Assembly: GCA_041941795.1 (NCBI GenBank)
Contig: CP145872.1
Location: forward strand, 450,001-482,000
Direction of reading: 5' to 3'
Source: Candidatus Saccharimonadota bacterium
Lineage (GTDB): Bacteria > Pseudomonadota > Gammaproteobacteria > Enterobacterales > Enterobacteriaceae
DNA length: 32,000 nucleotides
How positions within the stretch are numbered: the first letter of the stretch is position 1; each line of letters opens with the position of its first letter. The translations under genes and the position numbers were made by a program. Shown one piece after another: positions 29,605 to 32,000 of the stretch. The notes below the pieces were generated by a model. It had not been told where the DNA came from. It saw only the letters and a program-made list of their open reading frames with translations, and did no database searches.

Positions 29605-30570
29605 ATGGGTGATAAAATTGCAGTATTATTAGGCGGAAACTCAGCCGAGAGAGAAGTATCTTTGCTATCGGGGAAATCAATAATTATCGGTCTTAAAGAT
29701 GCCGGTATTACTTCCTATGCCCTAGATATTCAATCTTATCACGTAAAAAATCTTAAAAAAGATGGATTCAAGAAAGTATTTATCGCTCTACATGGACGTG
29801 GAGGAGAAGATGGATATCTGCAAAGTATGCTCGAAGACTTAAGAATTCCTTATACTGGCAGTGGGATTCAAGCTTCTGCTATTAGTATAAATAAGTTACA
29901 TACTAAGTATGTATGGGAAAGTATTGGATTACCAGTAGCTCCTTGGATCACGATTAATAAATCGGCATTTATCAAAGGTTGTTTAAGTCGTAATATAAAA
30001 AATGAGATATTAAATTTATCTCTGCCCGTGATAGTCAAACCTATTAAGGAAGGATCCAGTTTAGGAATTACAAAAGTTAATCATATTAAGGAACTTTCAT
30101 TAGCCTTAAAACATGCATTTTATTATGATCATACGGTATTAGTAGAAAAATGGCTTAGTGGTCCTGAATACACTGCTGTTATTTTAGGAGAGCGAATTTT
30201 ACCCGAAATTCGTATTAAGTACGCGAGTCTAGTTTATGACTACAGAACTAAATATTGCTCATCCAACACTCAATATTTTTGTCCTAGTGGTTTATCCCGT
30301 GAACAACAATCTGATTTTAATCAGCTGGTAATGAAAGCATGGAAAATTTTAGGTTGTAGTGGATGCGGGAGGATTGATGTCATGCAAAATGATGGTAAAT
30401 TTTATTTACTCGAAGTCAATACATCTCCCGGTATGACTAGTCATAGTTTAGTACCTATAGCCGCAGAACAGATAGGTTGGAATTTTTCTCAATTAGTAGT
30501 AGAAATTCTGAATTTAGCTGATCTCAAGAATCCGATATCTGAGGATATTCGGAATATCTCCCGAAAATAA
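29605..30570 (+). CDS. ddlB: D-alanine--D-alanine ligase B
   Basis: 321 aa. [38 protein letters not shown]....[51 protein letters not shown] and [19 protein letters not shown] are present. It carries about a 15-aa C-terminal extension relative to recalled E. coli DdlB. Confidence 0.95.
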   Translation: MGDKIAVLLGGNSAEREVSLLSGKSIIIGLKDAGITSYALDIQSYHVKNLKKDGFKKVFIALHGRGGEDGYLQSMLEDLRIPYTGSGIQASAISINKLHTKYVWESIGLPVAPWITINKSAFIKGCLSRNIKNEILNLSLPVIVKPIKEGSSLGITKVNHIKELSLALKHAFYYDHTVLVEKWLSGPEYTAVILGERILPEIRIKYASLVYDYRTKYCSSNTQYFCPSGLSREQQSDFNQLVMKAWKILGCSGCGRIDVMQNDGKFYLLEVNTSPGMTSHSLVPIAAEQIGWNFSQLVVEILNLADLKNPISEDIRNISRK

Positions 30571-30658
30571 CCATATTAATATGGGGCATAATCCAAAATA
30601 AAATTTCTATACGTTTTAATTAATATTGGGCATAAGAGATAGATAATTAATCACCTAG

Positions 30659-31141
30659 TTAGTCTGTGGCCAAGGATGCTAATCTTTCTAATGCAGATTT
30701 TATTTTTTCAGGACATTTTATAGCTACTTTACGTAATATTGCCGCACTTTGATGACTTATAGTGCGAGAGAATATTATATTCTTGTTGAATGCTGATGAA
30801 TATGTGGAGCACGGAGAATTATTGGTCATCTGTAATGAAGGATTAATACTGAGATCAATTCCTATTAATGATGGAATTAGGGAGTGTAAAAGGGACACTA
30901 AAATTCGTTGTTCATAACGTAATCGGTTCATCGCGCTAGCATTAGCAAATGCTAGGGATAATCTTCCTTGATGGAAGTTGATCACCCGACACCAAGAATG
31001 TAAATGTAATGGAAGAGCGGATTTTACTACCTGATCTAAATAAATTAATTGGTCAGATTTTTTTTGTAAAGATTTGAGCATACTATGCTCGCAAGCATTA
31101 TCAAAAATATTTTTTAGGGTACATGGAGCACTATATCTCAT
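30659..31141 (-). CDS. DUF721/DciA-like protein (candidate DnaB helicase loader/operator)
   Basis: 160 aa. The central block HSWCRVINFHQGRLSLAFANASAMNRLRYEQRILVSLL...IGIDLSINPS resembles the DUF721 core as I remember it from Vibrio/Pseudomonas DciA. It is divergent from secA, a position where many gammaproteobacteria carry a DUF721 gene next to lpxC. This was not verified by any search. Confidence 0.55.
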   Translation of the reverse strand: MRYSAPCTLKNIFDNACEHSMLKSLQKKSDQLIYLDQVVKSALPLHLHSWCRVINFHQGRLSLAFANASAMNRLRYEQRILVSLLHSLIPSLIGIDLSINPSLQMTNNSPCSTYSSAFNKNIIFSRTISHQSAAILRKVAIKCPEKIKSALERLASLATD

Positions 31142-31359
31142 AAAATATATTCCATTAATAATCTGAGGGGATAATTTGCCAATATAATATTGGTTAAAGA
31201 GTAAAAATAATTTTTACCTTCATTAAGAAGGAAGTTCTTTCCTAAAAAAGGAAAGGTTATCAGTATATAACGTTTTTCAGAAATATTATAATAAACTTTA
31301 TATTACATTGATGAAAAGAAGATGAGTAAAACATAAAGAATAAAGAGAATTAATTCACT

Positions 31360-32000
31360 ATGTTATTACAGATATTAAAAAAAATTTTTGGCAGCAGAAA
31401 TGATCGAATAATATTGCGCATGACCAAATTAGTTGCGTGCATTAACCACTTAGAAAAAAAATACTCTAAGCTTTCTGATAAATCATTAAAAGAAAATACT
31501 AAGTTATTTAGAGAACGGCTGGATAAAGGTGAAATACTAGACAATATTTTACCGGAAGCTTTTTCAACTGTAAGGGAAGCTAGTAAACGGATATTTAATA
31601 TGCGTCATTTTGATGTTCAGTTGCTTGGGGGAATAGTTTTAAATAATGGGTGTATTGCGGAAATGCCAACTGGGGAAGGAAAAACATTTACAGCAACTCT
31701 TCCGGCTTATTTAAATGCTCTCCCTGGAAAAGGAGTCCATATTGTAACAGTGAATGATTATCTAGCACAAAGAGATGCTGATACTAATCGTCCTCTATTT
31801 GAATTTCTAGGAATCACTATAGGACTTAACTTACCGGGCATGAACACAGCAGAAAAACAGGCAGCTTACGCGGCGGATATTACTTATGGTACGAATAATG
31901 AATATGGTTTTGATTACTTACGGGATAATATGGCATTTAGTACTAAAAATCAGGTACAGAGACTACTCTCCTATGCTTTAATAGATGAAGTAGATTCAAT
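31360..32000 (+). CDS. secA: Preprotein translocase ATPase SecA, 3'-partial (runs off the window)
   Basis: This ORF is absent from the ORF track because no stop is reached. My own translation from ATG 31360 gives [21 protein letters not shown]...[84 protein letters not shown]...[24 protein letters not shown]...[10 protein letters not shown], which is near-collinear with E. coli SecA. Confidence 0.96.
   Translation, partial: MLLQILKKIFGSRNDRIILRMTKLVACINHLEKKYSKLSDKSLKENTKLFRERLDKGEILDNILPEAFSTVREASKRIFNMRHFDVQLLGGIVLNNGCIAEMPTGEGKTFTATLPAYLNALPGKGVHIVTVNDYLAQRDADTNRPLFEFLGITIGLNLPGMNTAEKQAAYAADITYGTNNEYGFDYLRDNMAFSTKNQVQRLLSYALIDEVDS

Noticed and set aside
30571-30584. A 14-bp perfect palindrome CCATATTAATATGG immediately after the ddlB stop, plus a GGGCATAA direct repeat (30583-30590 and 30628-30635).
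   Set aside because: The elements are short and AT-rich, with no flanking T-run or known motif. They could be a weak bidirectional terminator between convergent genes, but this cannot be supported from sequence alone.
651-31544. Other short tracked ORFs nested in or antisense to conserved genes: 651-884, 2333-2629, 2639-2953, 3092-3277, 7271-7555, 11666-12100, 12352-12558, 12425-12703, 12725-12937, 15714-15938, 16719-16925, 22431-22640, 27277-27471 and 31350-31544.
   Set aside because: Each overlaps a gene whose own frame has clear homology, and none shows motifs, start context or length beyond what chance would give. 31350-31544 is antisense to the untracked secA 5' end.
1-32000. Whole-window scan for tRNA T-loop/acceptor patterns, rRNA, tmRNA, RNase P and 4.5S signature strings. 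I also scanned for CRISPR-like regular repeats, IS inverted repeats, transposase/integrase ORFs, and toxin-antitoxin or defence-gene pairs.
   Set aside because: I recognised nothing of these kinds by eye. Every long ORF is a housekeeping gene except nuc. A covariance-model or HMM scan would be needed to exclude small RNAs in the long spacers.

Overview
This window is an AT-rich (roughly 70% A+T by eye) chromosomal segment from a reduced gammaproteobacterial genome. The protein sequences (OmpA, DnaB, SSB, Mur enzymes, ApaH, RsmA) and the local gene order follow E. coli/Enterobacterales blocks closely. It therefore looks like an Enterobacterales-derived obligate (insect-type) endosymbiont. Left to right the content is: the isc operon tail (hscA-fdx), ndk, ispG-hisS-yfgM-der, xseA, ompA, and a 1.2-kb ORF-free spacer. 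Next come rdgB, a CPA1 Na+/H+ antiporter (yjcE-like), ssb, dnaB, apaH-rsmA-surA, and a solitary PLD-family Nuc endonuclease. The window ends with a dcw cluster reduced to rsmH-murE-murF-mraY-murD-murG-murC-ddlB, a DUF721/DciA-like gene, and the 5' end of secA. I recognised no rRNA, tRNA, CRISPR, IS/transposase, integrase or phage genes. I do not see a novel multi-gene accessory system; the notable signals all concern reductive evolution. (i) Every divisome gene (ftsL, ftsI, ftsW, ftsQ, ftsA, ftsZ), plus mraZ, lpxC and secM, is missing from its canonical slot, while the lipid II precursor genes of the cluster are kept. (ii) Two genes that are essential in E. coli (der, murD) are each broken by a 1-nt frameshift inside an A10 run, and an A11 transcript would repair both. 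(iii) An intact plasmid-type secreted nuclease gene (nuc) persists. (iv) A DciA-like gene is a candidate DnaB loader. (v) There are domain-level truncations (the HscA lid, one SurA parvulin domain) and in-situ gene relics (mraZ, uvrA, pdxA). All homology statements rest on my recall of E. coli protein sequences and gene order, not on database searches.
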